64,000 bases of DNA from the human T2T-CHM13v2.0 reference genome, Homo sapiens (GCF_009914755.1 NC_060941.1), one strand, 5' to 3'. Positions 1 through 19,644 are shown, numbered from the stretch's first letter. A program made the numbers and translations. Notes: generated from the sequence alone by a model not told the origin.

Positions 1-82
1 CTTTGGGAGGCAGAGGCAGGCAGATCACGAGGTCAAGAGGTCGAGACCATCTGGCCAACATGGTGAAACCCCATCTCTACTA

Positions 83-271
<189 letters not shown>

Positions 272-444
272 TTAAAATATCTATATATCTACTACCTAGC
301 TTTATGCTTAATTCGTTATAAGATCTCAGGCACACAAAACATTACATATGAAACTGGGGCCCACAGTACCTCTCCACATCCCTTCTTTCCCTTCCTTCTC
401 TGAAGCAATTCTGTCAAGGGGGTGGTTCATGGGTCCATAAGAAA

Positions 445-1020
<576 letters not shown>

Positions 1021-1140
1021 TAATGGGCAGGCGCGGTGGCTCACGCCTGTAATCCCAGCACTTTGGGAGGCCGAGGCGGGCAGATCACAAGGTCAGATCG
1101 AGACCGTCCTGGCCAACACGGTGAAACCCCGTCTCTACTA

Positions 1141-1347
<207 letters not shown>

Positions 1348-1772
1348 TTAATGTCTATTACTACCAAGCATGTTTTTACATGCTATTAACAAAATTTAAA
1401 AATTTTTTAGCCCATCCTTCTTCTGCAGATATATGCTATTACTTCCATTTAAAACAAAAAAATTTTACAAACAAAAAAATGCATTTAATAATTTTAAACA
1501 CATAATAATTTTAAATCTCAAAGAGTTAAGAGATGGGTTTAACATGAGCCCATGTAAGTGTGGCCAGACTAATTCAGTTGAGTGCTTTCCTGACATCCCA
1601 GATTTAAAAAGATAAAGACACCATGAAGATTTATGAATCCAGGTGGGCATGGTGGCTCATGCGTGTAATCCCAGCACTTTGGGAGGCTGAGGTGGGAGGA
1701 CTGCTTGAGTCCAGGAGTTCGAGAGGCCAGCCTGGGTAACACAGGGAGACCCCATCTCTACAAAAAATTTTA

Positions 1773-1949
<177 letters not shown>

Positions 1950-3288
1950 CTAATTTTTTTATTTTTTGCAGAGATGGGGTTTTACCATGTTGCCCAGGCT
2001 GGTCTTGAATTCCTGACCTCAAGTGATCTGTCTTGGTCTCCCAAAGTGTTGGATTACAGGTGTGCACCACTGCACCCAGCGCCTGCATCTCTCTCTTTTT
2101 TTGTTCTTTGTATCTTTACCTGCTTCTTTTGAACAGGATTATCCATTGCCCAAGTTTTGATGTGTACGACTTTCCCTAAATTAAAATAGACATGTGAGGC
2201 TGGGTGCAGTGGCTCATGCCCATAATCCCAGCACCTTGGGAGGCCGAGATGAGAGGATTGCTTGAGCCCAAGAGTTTGAGACCAGCCTGGGTGACACAGT
2301 GAGACCTTCTCTATTTTTTTTAAAAAAAAAAGACATCTGAGGCCAGAAATTTTGTTCCTTACACTCTTTCCTGTTTGCTTTTAAGGTATTTCTTCACCTG
2401 TATGTAGGTTTTTTTAATGTTGTAATGTTAGAACAATGTTATGATGCTCTTGATAATTATTTTTGTCATTTTTTGGTCTTTGTTTTCTATGCTAGTCTCA
2501 TTTAAAATTAAATTTTTTGTCAGATCAATAAGTCTCCCTAATGTTTTCTCCCTAATCCTCAGTCTGTTCCCTCTACTATCACTCAGGACTCTCCTTGCTT
2601 TCTGCTGCATTCTAGGAAACCATCTCTTTACTTCCCTTAGGCTGTTTCTGTTCCAAAGTCATGGCTTTTAATTCCAAGAACCGAGAAGGCCCTTGGACTC
2701 AATAAACCTTATCCGCATTTAGGCCTCTGTTCACTATTGCACTGCCGGTCACTAATAAGGATTTCCTGGGGTTCCCTAGAAAAGAGAAGGTAGCGAATTT
2801 TAGGTGAGCACAACTGACCAAGGCACACATGTAGGAGAGAGACGGATTACAATGAGAATGGCACAAATCTGAACGACTAATGCCAGTCTACACAGTAACA
2901 TGGAAATGCTGACCATAGACTGTCCAGGGAATGGAAAAAAGCAGTGTGACTGCAAAGGAGAAAAACAAAAGTTCACTGCCATAAGAGATTAGAAGGAAAC
3001 ACACAGACTGTTGACAATGACGGGGTTTGGATGGTAGACCGTGGGCAACTTTTCTTCCTGTTCTATGTTACAAATTTTCTTTGGTGAGCATGAACTGTTT
3101 GTAAAAGAGCTAATGAAGAAAAGATTAGAGTCCAGAGTGAACAGGCTCATCAAAAATGCTGACAGCAGGCTAGGCGCGGTGGCTCACGCCTGTAATCCCA
3201 ACACTTTGGAAGGCCGAGGCGGGCAGATCACCTGAGGTTGGGAGTTCAAGACCAGCCTGACCAACATGGAGAAACCTCATCTCTACTA

Positions 3289-4445
<1,157 letters not shown>

Positions 4446-4579
4446 GAATCTTGGGCATAAAGAGACTGAACCTTTTTGACACTGAATCGTTCAAATGTAG
4501 CGAGTCACTCTTGATGCAGGACAGTCCAGTGTGCCACAGCCCAAACTGTCTGAATGCTGGCAGAGCAGTTAGGAACACA

Positions 4580-4790
4580 CGTTTCAGTCAGATCAGTCTT
4601 TGAACCTCAGCCTTGCTACTTACATAGCTGTGGGACTATGAGCAAGTTTCCCAACCCCTCAGCACCTTCATTTTCTCCCCAGTGAAACGGAAATAATCAA
4701 CACCTTCTCCTCACAGGGCTGTTGAAAGGATCAGTTAATGACACAGCAGAGCGACTGGCACATAGTAAGCACTTAACACACGTTATCTTT
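4580..4790 (+). mobile_element. MIR SINE (others at ~7325-7555, 15215-15400, 16125-16300, 50730-50840)
   Basis: MIR core-like segments (tagctgtggga...gcaagtt...catagtaagcactta). Confidence 0.65.
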
Positions 4791-5660
4791 TATTATTGTT
4801 GTTGGTATTAATAACAAATAACTTGAACTTGACGCCTAGTGTGGATGCAGGAGTCAACATGGTTATTCCAATTTCCTCACTTGCCCAAGAAGCTAGGTCA
4901 CTTAAATGATGGCTGGGAAGATGGAGAATACCAGATGATGATAATAAGCCACATTAACTGGGCACCTGCCATGTGCCAAGCGCCACTCTATGGACTGTAA
5001 CATTTTGTTAGAGTCTCCCAGCAGCCCTATAAGAATTCCTGTCATTGGCCGGGCGCAGTGGCTCACGCCTGTAATCCCAGCACTTTGGGAGGCTGAGGCG
5101 GGTGGATCACAAGGTCAGGAGTTCAAGACCAGCCTGGCTAACATGGTGAAACCCCGTCTCTACTAAAAATATAAAAATTGGCTGGCCGTGGTGGCAGGTG
5201 CCTGTAATCCCAGCTACTCAGGAAGCTGAGGCAGGAGAATCATTTGAACCCAGGAGGCGGAGGTTGTAGTGAGCCAAGATTGCGCCACTGCACTCCAGCC
5301 TAGGCAACAGAGTGAGACTCCGTCTCTCAAAAAAAAAAAAAAAAAAAGAATTCCTGTCATCTGCCTTTCCAGATAAGGAAACTGAGATTTTTAGAGGCTA
5401 AATAACTTGCCCGAGGCCATAGAGCTAGAAAGTAACAGATTAAGATTTGAATCCAGGTAACTAGGCTTCAGAGCTCATGCTCATAACCATGAAACCAATG
5501 GTCCTCAATCCTGTCTGCACATTAAAAGTACCTGAAAAGATGGCCTGGCGCAATGGCTCACACCTACAACGCCAGCGCTTTGGGAGGCCGAGGCGGGTGG
5601 ATCACAAGGTCAGGAGATCGAGACCACCCTGGTCAACATGGTGAAAACTCGTCTCTATTA

Positions 5661-5957
<297 letters not shown>

Positions 5958-6203
5958 TCAGGAGTTCAAGACCAGCCTGGCCAAGATGGTGAAACCCCAT
6001 CTCTACTAAAACTACAAAAATTAGCTGGGCACGGTGGCAGGTGCCTGTAATCCTAGCTACTCAGGAGGCTGAAGCAGGAGAATCGCTTGAACCCGGGCGG
6101 CAGAGGTTGCAGTGAGCCGAGATCGCGCCACTGCACTCCAGCCTGGGCTACAGAAAGAGAGGAAAAAAAAAAATGCTGGGCAGTGGCCAAGGTGGGTGGA
6201 TCA

Positions 6204-6455
<252 letters not shown>

Positions 6456-7984
6456 CTATCCAACTCCAACTAATATAAAGTGGTCTGAGATGGGCAGCAG
6501 GGTTCCCCAGGGCTCAGGAACACTATCCTAGGCCATGCTGCCTCCTGGACAAAGAATCGACTGAAATAAGCAAGCTTCCCCAGCTGACATCCCACGGCCG
6601 ACCTTACTGCCTTTTTTAGGAATATCTTTAGAACCGTGAGACTGGAGTTGCACGTTAAAAAAAAAAATTTTTTTAAATTAAAAGTTAACCCCAAAAGTGA
6701 TCCTATTAAGGTAAGTATCATATTTCCATTTTACAGACAAGGAGACTGAAACTAACAAGGCTCAAGAACTTGTCCTCAGTCACAAAGGAACTGAGACTAG
6801 ATTCTACGAGGCTTTTGCGCCCTAAAGAGCTCCAACAGATGTGAGAAAACACTTCAAGTGGGTGAGCAGAGATGCTCCACGGGGGAAGTGACACCTGACC
6901 AGAGATAAAGCATGGGACAAGGAAGGGCAAATGCACAGAATGAAAGGCATGAGCCGTATCAGAGGCAAGCCGCCTCAAGGAATGCTCTCGGGACCAGAGG
7001 TCGACAGGTGTGATAAAGCTATGACGCCCTCGCGGTAGAGTTGTGAGAGAGACTCACAGGTATGCTTGCGCCCGGCTGTGCAGGCACATGAAGGTCAAGC
7101 CACACCTGGCCTTCACAGGACTTCTCCTCAAACAGAAACCCCGCCCATGAGGGAAGCAAGGGCGTGTTTCTGACTTGAACTGGTCATGCAGGATAAAGAG
7201 TGAAGCAGCTTCCAGAGTTCAGCTCTGCATCCACACTGCTGGGCCCATTAGGACTGACTGAGGAGGGACGCAATATCAGTCGATAGCACCACATCCTACA
7301 TTACACAGCAACAGAGCAAAGGAGTTAAGGGCAAGGCTCTAGAGTCAAAGAAACTGGGTGTGAATCCTGACTCCACCTTTACTAGCTACATGACCCTGGG
7401 CAATTTATTAAACTTCTTTGAGCCTGCTTCCTCTTTATAAAATAGGGATAAAAATATATTCCTCATACAGTTGTTGTGAGCAACAAAAAAGAAAGAAATA
7501 TATAATGTGCTTAACGAGTCTAGTAAAAAAGCAAGTTCACAACAAATAGCAGCTATTCTTTCATTCATTCAATATATTTACAGAGCTTTTGCTTTTATCA
7601 ACCAAACAAGGCTAGAGAAGCTCATACAATACAGCACAGGCCTTTAACATGCATTCAGAAGGCTGCCTACTAAACCCTTTATGAACACCCAAATTTGCAA
7701 ATAACACAGAGGGAAGCCTTCTGCATTCATGGATTTATATTATAGTAGAATAATAAATAAGAACATAGACTCACTAAAAAAGTAGTAATTTTTCCTTTTA
7801 TTTATAAATTGCTTTAGAAAACTGCGGCAGATTACTATATACAATAATTCGGGGTGAGTTCTAGGGAGCAAAATACCCCAAAAAAACACAAAGATCAAAT
7901 CAAATCACAAGTCCAACTGTAAGCGCAGGCTTAAAACTCAGGGCAGGATTAGTTTAGCTTTCTCTGACAACAGGATGTTACTGA

Positions 7985-8350
<366 letters not shown>

Positions 8351-8774
8351 TAATGGCTTTTCCCCACCAATCTCAAAATTGCTCTAACTCCCCGAAAAGA
8401 AGGTCTCACTGTGATACACTTTCACTACGTTTAAAGGCAAAGAAAAGTTAACACCTCTACGATAAAAGGAGAAAATGAGTAAGGGTCCTTAGAAGCACAG
8501 GTTCGAATCTCAGCTCTGCCACTAACTGGTAACTTTTTCTGGGCCTCCTCAGAAAAGACAATCTCTTATTTCCCAGCTCTAACATCTGAGCCAGCTGACA
8601 GCATCTGAACTTTAAACAGGTGACCTCAGAAATGGAGACTTCACAGGTCCCTTCTCACAAGAGTGCTTGGATAAGGAGTGGACACGCAAGGCAAGGCCAG
8701 AAGCATGAGGTGATGGCAGGGAAAAGGCACTCTCTGGGGAAATGTGGACAAATTTCCCACAAAACACCCTGTAC

Positions 8775-8880
8775 CTTTCTTCATCATGTCTCGGTCCAAG
8801 GCTACATTTCTTTGGGCAAGATTTACTTCCGATCGAAAATGGAAGCGCTTGGCTCGCTGCTCTTTCTTTTCAATTGCTTC
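8775..8880 (-). CDS. NCBP3: NCBP3 coding exon 3 (EAIEKKEQRAKRFHFRSEVNLAQRNVALDRDMMKK); gene continues beyond the left edge
   Basis: 106 nt, ctag| acceptor and AAG|GTAC donor, in frame with exon 2. I recognised no further NCBP3 exon in 1-8774. Confidence 0.95.
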
Positions 8881-10234
8881 CTAGAAAGTACAGAAAAAGT
8901 GAAAGTAGTAAAATATGGAGAAGGCGAGTTAAATCACACATGCATCATGATGCATCAGTGACAAACCTGAACTAAAAAAGAAGAAATAAGCAACACTACA
9001 CCTTGAATCAGTCTGGCAGAGACCTGGATATTCACACTCAATGACTGGGGGGATATGTTAATATCGCTGTAATTTGCAACCATCTCCGACATAACACAGC
9101 CTATCACTGTGCCTGGGACATAGTAGGAACTCAGTGAGTATCTGCTGACTGAATGAATAGTCCTTTAAAGTTTATAAAGTTATATGACACTTCATTTGTT
9201 ATTATCAATTATGCCAACAAATTACAACTAAACAATTTCAACATCCCAATTTTCCAGGTGCAGAAATGGAGGCACAAAAAAGCAAAAAGGTTTGCTGGAG
9301 ATACTTCAGCTATTAAGCAAGCAGATCTGATTCCAGTGCTATTTCTAGGAGCCCACCTACAACCACTTCACATTGTCTGAGCAATGGTAATCACACCTAT
9401 CACGCTCTTCCACATTATAACTGCCTGAGCAGTCCACTCCCTAAAGCTAGTCTGTTTAAAAATAACACCGAAGCAAAGAAACTCTCCCTCCTCTTCCAGC
9501 CTCGTGTCCACGGAATCACCAGTTTTCATCTCTAAGTGATAAGAACCATTGACACTTTACTGAAAAAATAATCAGCTTTGTAAGTTTCTTCTAAGAGCTA
9601 AAATAAACCCAGGTCCAACTGTGGGTTTCTGATGGCTCTTAGGAACCCTTCACTAATTGGTTTTGTTTGTTTTTGTTTTTGAGACGGACTCTCACTCTGT
9701 CGCCAGGCTGCCACGATCTCAGCTCACAGCAACCTCCGCCTCCCGGGTTCAAGAGATTCTCCTGCCTTAGCCTCCTGAGTAGCTGGGACTGCAGGTGCAC
9801 ACCACCACGCCCAGCTAATTTTTGTATTTTTAGTAGAGACGGGGTTTCACCATGTTGGCCAGGATGGTCTCGATCTCTTGACCTCGTGATCTGCCTGCCT
9901 CGGCCTCCCAAAGTGCCAGGATTACAGATGTGAGCCACCGCGCCCAGTCCCCTTCACTAATTGTATATTGACTTTGCCACACTAATTGAAGGTCTGACTA
10001 CAGAGAGCTTGTGGGGATTGGTAAAGTTGCAACACTTCTGTTCTTTCCCAATAGTTAACGCTCATTTTCTTCACTGAAGTCTTCCTAGTACAAACAACAA
10101 TTTACCTTCCTTTAGAAACAAAGTACTAACTCTGAGACTATCACCCTTTTCCCATATACCTGTGTCATATAATGGCAAACAGTGTAAGATTATGAATAGT
10201 TTACTTTTTCAATTACAGTAAGAAAAGATTTTCA

Positions 10235-10525
<291 letters not shown>

Positions 10526-10993
10526 CTATAAAAAGGAAGGCACGAAATATATTTTTATTTTTGCTTTTATGTATTCAATACAGCAATATATACTATTATT
10601 CAGAAATGTAATACAAAATTCTGTTCCAAACTTAACTGTAAACATTAAAATCAGAAAAAATGTCTAAAACGGAACATCACTGATTAAAGCAACTTACATG
10701 TATTGACTACATATAAGGAAAATAATAGGCTTGACTCTATGAGGTGTTACAATGAAGGTGGTAATCTGGTAATAGCAATCATCAGATACAAGGCAATAGT
10801 CTTATTAAGGGCCTATTATGCCGACACGGTGGCTTACACCTGGAATCCCAGCACTTCGGGAGGCTGAGGCAGGTGGATCACCTGAAGTCAGGAATTCAAG
10901 ACCAGCCTGACCAATACAATGAAACCCTGTCTCTACTAAAATTACAAAAATTAGCCAGGCGTGGTGGCGGGCGCCTGTAGTCCTACCTACTCA

Positions 10994-11149
<156 letters not shown>

Positions 11150-11284
11150 TCAAGTGGAAACAGTACACATTTTTTTAGAAATGGACATACCATTTAAAAA
11201 AGCATCCCCCGTCTTGGACATTTTCTTGGAAACGGTTCAACACAGGTATCTAAGTAGAGTGATTTTATCCTTTCATGGCTGTAA

Positions 11285-11599
<315 letters not shown>

Positions 11600-11760
11600 T
11601 GAGCCAGCGTGTCTGGCCAATAACACAATTTTTTTTAGAAAAAAAATTTAAATCCAGCAACAAAATAAAAGAGGAAATATTTACTGTTATGTCCTAGGGA
11701 TCAAATTCATTAAGTTCACTTGCTTATCAAGCTGAATAAATAAATCATAGCCTGTCTTAC

Positions 11761-11826
11761 CTTGGAGGTGACATCAATTCCAGTGATGAAGCTGCCAGCC
11801 TTGTTTTCATATCTTCTGCTCGTGTC
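11761..11826 (-). CDS. NCBP3: NCBP3 coding exon 2 (DTSRRYENKAGSFITGIDVTSK)
   Basis: 66 nt, ttag| acceptor and AAG|GTAAG donor, phase 0, in frame with exon 1. Confidence 0.95.
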
Positions 11827-12240
11827 CTAACACAAAGGGGAAGGGTGAGAAATTCAGACAGCAATTGAGGAAAAACCTATAATAAAAGTCGGCCTGACAT
11901 CTGCAGGTTCTTTTTTCCTTTTTTTTTTTTTTTTGTTGGTGACAGTGTCTTGCTCTGTTGCCCAGGCCGGAGTGCAGTAGAATGATCACAGCTCACCGCA
12001 GCCTCGACTCCCCAGGCTCACGCCATCCTCCCCCTCAGCTGGGCCCTCAGGCATATGCCACCATGCCCAGCTAATTTTTTTTTTATTTTGTAGAGACAGG
12101 GTCTCCCTATGTTGCCCAGGCTGGTCACCAACTCCTGGGCTAAAGCAGTCCTCCTGCCTCAGTCTCCCAAAGTGTTAGGATCACATGTGTGAGTCATCAC
12201 AACCAGTCTGGTTCTTTCTGTTTTTCTGTTTGTTTTTTGA

Positions 12241-12536
<296 letters not shown>

Positions 12537-13498
12537 TAGCCACTCTTTTCAAAACCCTTCCCCACCCCTGACAACCTTTTATTAAGAAGCCCCATCCTAG
12601 TGATTCCATGGTATCAATCAACCACTCCAATAAGAAGATCAGAGCCTGTCCAAAAACTGAAGTGATTCCATCAACTCCAAGTATCCATGTAAAGAAAATC
12701 TAAAGGCTTTTGTGGAAAATGTCAAAAGATAAGGCACAGTCACTTAGCTCCCCAACCCAGTCTGAACGAATTCCTCATGCCCAGCCACCAGGTGGAGCAC
12801 AACCCTCCACCTCAACGCAGAAGGTCCAGCCTCACCTAGAACTCCTGAGGCAAATACAGCACAGTGCAATGCAAAGGGGATGGGATTTGGAAACCAAGCG
12901 AGGACTGAAGCCTCAGCTCTGACAGTCACTAATTACAGGACACTGTATAGTTTTCTTGACCTCTCTGGGTCTCAGTTTCCTCTGTGGTATCTACCTGCCT
13001 TCCTGACCTCTTTTACTGCCCTTCCATTAGTACTACAGAAGTTTCCAACAATCCTGGACCCATCCCAGAGCCTCTGTGCTTGTTACTGGCCCTGCTGGGG
13101 GAACTCCTTTTCAATCTTCACAAGATTGGCTTTTTGTCATTTAGAGTTTATATGGAACATAAACTCCAGGAGGGAGGTTGAGCTTGATCAAGCACCTAGG
13201 GCTGTGCCTTGGTACATAGCGGGGGATGCAATAAATACATGTTGGCCGGACGCAATGGCTCAGGCCTGTAATCCCAGCACTTTGGGAGGCAGAGGCGGGC
13301 GGATCACCTGAGGTCAGGTGTTCGAGACCAGCCTGGCCAACATGGAGAAACCCCGTCTCTACTAAAAATACAAAATTAGCCGGGCACGGTGGCACATCCC
13401 TGTAATCTCAACTACTTGGGAGGCTGAGGCAGAAGAGTAGCTTGAACCCAGGAGGCGGAGGTTGCGGTGAGCCAAGATCAGGCCATTGTACTTGGCTA

Positions 13499-13606
<108 letters not shown>

Positions 13607-14715
13607 TCAAAACAAAACAAAACAAAAACCATGTTGAACTGAATGACTAAAGGGATGATAACACCTGCTTCACAACTGCAGTAATATTTATTTATTTTGG
13701 TTTTGTTTTTGAGATGGGGAGAGGGGAAAGGGGGGACCTCAAAGGGGTCTTGCTATATTGCTGAGGCTGGTCTGGAACTTAGACTCCTGAATAGCTGGCA
13801 CTAAAGGCGTGCACGGCCAGTATATTTAAGTGACACAATATAGTGAATGGTAAATGCTACTATATTAGCTGTTGTTAATCATAATTATAACGTTTGCCAT
13901 CTCTAGCGATCATACTTTAACCTTTCTCCATAACTTCAGTCTAAATATGTTGACATGTGGTCAAAAGTAATTCATGTTAGGTGAGAAATTAAGAGGAGTC
14001 ATCCAGGCCTGAAACCAGCTCTGAGAACTGGATATACAGCCACCAAGTCACAAGCAAAACACCTCTCACCATCCCCAGCGCGGTAAAGGAGGGACCAAGG
14101 ATGTCTATTGGTCGTCTGCTAGTTTGCTTTCATTAAGAGTCAGATGCTGGGGCCACGGTGTAGGTGTCACTGGAGCTGCGGGGGGGGCAAGATGACCCCG
14201 AAGTCACGACAGAAACAGTGAGTTTCTGCTGCTGACAAGTGCAGCCCTCTCAAGACAAAGAGCGAGTGCCATGTTTCCCAGATACAAATTCCTCCGGGGC
14301 AAGACCCACAAGGAGACCTGGTTGCTGGCGCCACCCAACAGCTCCTTCTGGGCTGCCCCTGGTTCTGTTCCCGCCCAGGGCTCCCCCTTTATCTCATCCT
14401 TCCAGCCCCTCCTCACTCACCTCCTTGCACAGCGCGGCTCAGAGGGGGCAGCGGAGGGGGGTCCTCAACTCCCTCCCAGCTCTCCGCCACCACCCCCCAG
14501 CCCCCTCAACACCCATTTCCGGCGCCCCGGCGTCCTTTCTCCCGCTCCGCGTCCCTCCTCCAGCCCGGCGTTCCCGTTCCCAGGACGCTGGCTCCCTCCT
14601 CTCCCGCTCCCTTGACTTCCCCGGCTGGGGCTCCGGCCACCGCCCCTTCCGGCCCCCTCCGGCGCTAGACACTAGCCCCGCGACCTCTTCCTTACCCCCC
14701 GACCCCCGCCCGTAC

Positions 14716-14898
14716 CGGGATCAGTTCCTTGAGCGAGCGCCGCACAGGCACGATTTCCAGCTCGCCCTCCTCCACCTCCATGGGCTCCGGCTCGCCACGG
14801 TCAACACCGGACTCCGCCTCAGGGGACGGGAGCCCCAGGGCCGGCCCCGCCGGGGCCTCCGCCTTCACCGACACCCGCAGGCCCCGTACGGCCGCCAT
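14716..14898 (-). CDS. NCBP3: NCBP3 (nuclear cap-binding protein 3, C17orf85) coding exon 1, aa 1-61
   Basis: Translates to MAAVRGLRVSVKAEAPAG...RRSLKELIP, recognised as the NCBP3 N-terminus. 183 nt, ends at donor CCG|GTACGG, lies in a CpG island. Confidence 0.97.
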
Positions 14899-15036
14899 CG
14901 CTGCCTGCCGGCCGCACCACTGAGAGCCCGCCCCTCACGGCCGCCGGCTAGAGCGCCGCTGCCACTGGCCACAGAGGAGCCGCCGCAGCTACCTAGAGCG
15001 TCGCCGGCTTCGGCCCAGAAGGCCGCCCTTAGCGCC

Positions 15037-15052
15037 GCCGCCCCCTGGTGGC
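15037..15052 (-). promoter_or_regulatory. CTCF motif upstream of NCBP3
   Basis: Reverse complement is GCCACCAGGGGGCGGC, near-consensus CTCF core. Motif only. Confidence 0.7.
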
Positions 15053-15709
15053 GGGAGAAAACCGGGCCGGCTGCGCGGGCGGGACCTGGGGAGGAGAAGG
15101 CGGGACTGAGCGGGGACGGGGGCGGGGCCTGCGGGAACTACGGAGCTTGGAGGAGACCGGGGTAGTCAAGGGTTACAATGTAGCTACGCCTTGAGGCTAA
15201 AGCTGTACTAAAAGCCAACTTTCCTGAGTGATCACTATGGGCCAGACACTTCCAAGCGCTCGAACCCTTAGAACAACTCTATGAAGTAGATCCTATTTTG
15301 ACCCCCATTTCATATATGAGGAAACTGAGGCATAGAAATTGACCCAAGGTGACGCCATTTAAGGGATAAAAGCTGGATCTAAGTCTTCCAGAGTTTACAA
15401 TGAGCCTTGATATATCACCTCTGGACAATCTGTAGGTTTATAAAGTTACTTGCCTTGCCAGTCTTTGTCTCTTAAAAGTCTCCCCAAAATTGGCCCATGT
15501 TACATACACAAAAATTGAGACTCCAAGAGGGAGAGACCTGCCCAAAGGCCAGAACTTGGACGCCGATTTCCTGACTCCTGAGGGTGCCATCCACTGTAGA
15601 CCTGTGAGCATAGTTTCCGGCGGATATTTCTAACGAGAGCCTGGTGGGGGAGAGGGGTTGTCTACGCGTCCCGAGGGTGTCACTGATCAGCTGCTGTTCT
15701 GAGTCCTGA

Positions 15710-15841
15710 TTTTCTTTTTCTTTCTTTCTTTCTTTCTTTATTCCTTTCTTCCTTCCTTTCTTTCTTCTTTTCTTTCTTTCTGTTTTCCTTCCTTCCTCCC
15801 TCTCCTCTTTCTTTCTTTCTTTCTTTTTTTTTTTTTTTTTT
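15710..15841. repeat. (TTTC/TTCC)n polypyrimidine tract, the expanded tail of an antisense Alu monomer
   Basis: Direct inspection. Confidence 0.85.
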
Positions 15842-16579
15842 GTAGAGACAGGGTTTCACCATGTTGACTAAGCTGGTCTCGAATTCCTAACCTCAAGCGA
15901 TCCACCCGCCTCGGCCTCCCAAAGTCTTGGGATTACAGGCATGAGCCACCGCGCCCGGCCTGAGTCCTGATTTTGCATCTTCCTCCCTGGGTAACCTTGG
16001 ACAGGTTTTTGGGTCTGTTTTCCCATCTGAGGAGGGCATAGGTGAGACCCTACAGTCTCTGAGGCCCTGAGGCCCTACCAGCTCTGACCATGGAGGAGCA
16101 AATAATGATAAACCAAGGAAGAGCATGGTCAGCATCAGACACACCTGGGTTTCGAGCTGGCTGGCCGGGCCCCATCCACCATGTGTGACCTTAGGCAAGC
16201 TGCTTAGCACTTTGGAGTCTCAGTTCCTTCATCAGTAAAATGGACCATTACCTACCTACAAAGGAGGTTGTGAGGGTTAAATGTGATAATTTATATGTAG
16301 ATACAGGGTCCAACAGAAGGGGTGCAGTACATCACAGTTTTTCTTAAATTTGGGCTAAACCACAGGATAAACACAAGACAGAGCTCTTTAGAGGACTAGT
16401 TTTATTTGATGAATGGGACACAAAGTACTTTTAAAAATTGGGTTGAGGCCGGGCACGGTGGCTCATGCCTGTAATCCCAACACTTTGGGAGGCCAAGGCG
16501 GGCAGATCATGAGGTCAGGAGATCGAGATCATCCTGGCTAACATGGTGAAACCGTGTCTCTACTAAAAAAAAAAAATTA

Positions 16580-16939
<360 letters not shown>

Positions 16940-17416
16940 TCACCCTGCTGGGGAGGATGCCTTGTTGCTTGAGGACGCAATTCGGTGAGGATTCAGTGTT
17001 GCAGTTCAGTGCCATCCAGAAGAGCCCCAGCACCCTGGCACACCAGCCGGCAGGTACATGAGGAGTCCAGGACAAGCCGGGACATCAGGCAAACACCAAG
17101 GCTCCTAGGCGCGTGTCAGGAAAGCCCTCTGTGCCTTGCTCTTTGTGGTCACCTTAGTCACCATCTCCCATCCCCTTTCCTGTTCGCGATGCAGCCTGCT
17201 GAGTTGGAGACACAGAGAATTTAGGAAGGTGGTAAGGGCTGATTTTCAAAAAGTTGAAAAACATGACTCTCAAACAGATGTAAAATGAACACATGTCAAA
17301 GCTGTTACCCAGTCATTAGAAAATGAGGAAACCAGTAGAAATATGAAGAATAGTTTGAAGGGGAACTTGAATGAATATGTGGTTGGTCAGTCAAAGGAAT
17401 GCTGAGATGAATTTGA

Positions 17417-17738
<322 letters not shown>

Positions 17739-17772
17739 TAGCCAGGATGGTCTCGATCTCCTGACCTCGTGA

Positions 17773-18057
<285 letters not shown>

Positions 18058-18912
18058 TAGCCAGGTTGGTCTCGATCTCCTGACCTTGTGATCCACCTGC
18101 TTCAGCCTCCCAAAGTGCTGGGATTACAGGCGTGAGCCACTGCACCCAGCCACCTGTTATGAATTTTCTATAAACCTCTACTCTCAGTTGTAAAATACCC
18201 TAATCAATAGTGCATAAGAAGTCAGACAAAGCTATACATCTGTAGAGAATCAGATGGTTCCCCAGGCAGATAACACCTGGCACAGTACCAACAGGGCATT
18301 TTCCTTTTTCTGTTTCCAAAGTCTGGATATATATTTTTTTTAGATGGGAGTCTCACTCTGTTGCCAAGGCTGGAGTGCAGTGGCACGAGCTTGGCTCACT
18401 GCAACCTCCCCCTCCCAGGTTTTAAGCAGTTCTCTGCCTCAGCCTCCCGAGTAGCTGGGATTACAGGCACGTGCCACTATGCCTGGCGACTTTCTGTATT
18501 TTTAGTAGAGACAGGGTTTCACCATCTTGGCCAGGTTGGTCTTGAACTCCTGACCTTGTGATTCACCTGCCTCAGCATCCCAAAGTGCTGGGATTACAGG
18601 CGTGAGCCACTGCGCCCGGCAAAAATTTTTAATTAATAGAGAAAATCAGGGGAATGGGACATTGGGACAGACTGGAGAGAGAGTTTTAAGAAGGGAGTGA
18701 TCAAGTGTCATGTTCTGCCATAAGTTCACGATGGAACTTGTTTTGGGTCTAGAGGTTTGCTGGCCATTGGTGACTTTGAGGAGAGCAGAGTCCATGAAGG
18801 GGAAGGCACATTAGTGGGGAGATTTGAGCCAGTGTACACAACTCTCAGGAGAAGTAGGCTAGAGGGCAGGGAGGATATTAACAGGCTCTTCTAAAGGGTT
18901 CCTTTTCTGTGA

Positions 18913-19365
<453 letters not shown>

Positions 19366-19644
19366 TGAGCTCCTCAGGAGAAATCAGATGCTCCCTGAGG
19401 GCTGGTAACCTGGTGCACTTGCCTGAGCTGATGCCCTGCTGATTGAAGCAGGGATGTTCTTTAGTGCAGTCTGAAGCTGGGTGCCCGCGACCTGCACGCC
19501 TCACACTCCTCGGTTCATGAGTGTCCTTGCAACATGCGCACGCCCATCAGTCATTCAGGAAAAGCTTCCGTGGTTGAAGAAGAGGTCATGAGGCAGCTGA
19601 CCCTGGTGGGGGCACTGTATCTATGTGCCCCATCCACTGCCTAG

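Larger units (their letters stand above)
14430..15165. promoter_or_regulatory. NCBP3: CpG island / NCBP3 promoter
   Basis: Very CpG- and GC-rich stretch spanning exon 1; GC box GGGGCGGGG near 15120. Confidence 0.9.

Noticed and set aside
14239-15165. 308-aa plus-strand ORF antisense to NCBP3 exon 1
   Set aside because: Non-ATG start and low-complexity Pro/Arg/Ala content; explained by stop-codon scarcity in a CpG island.
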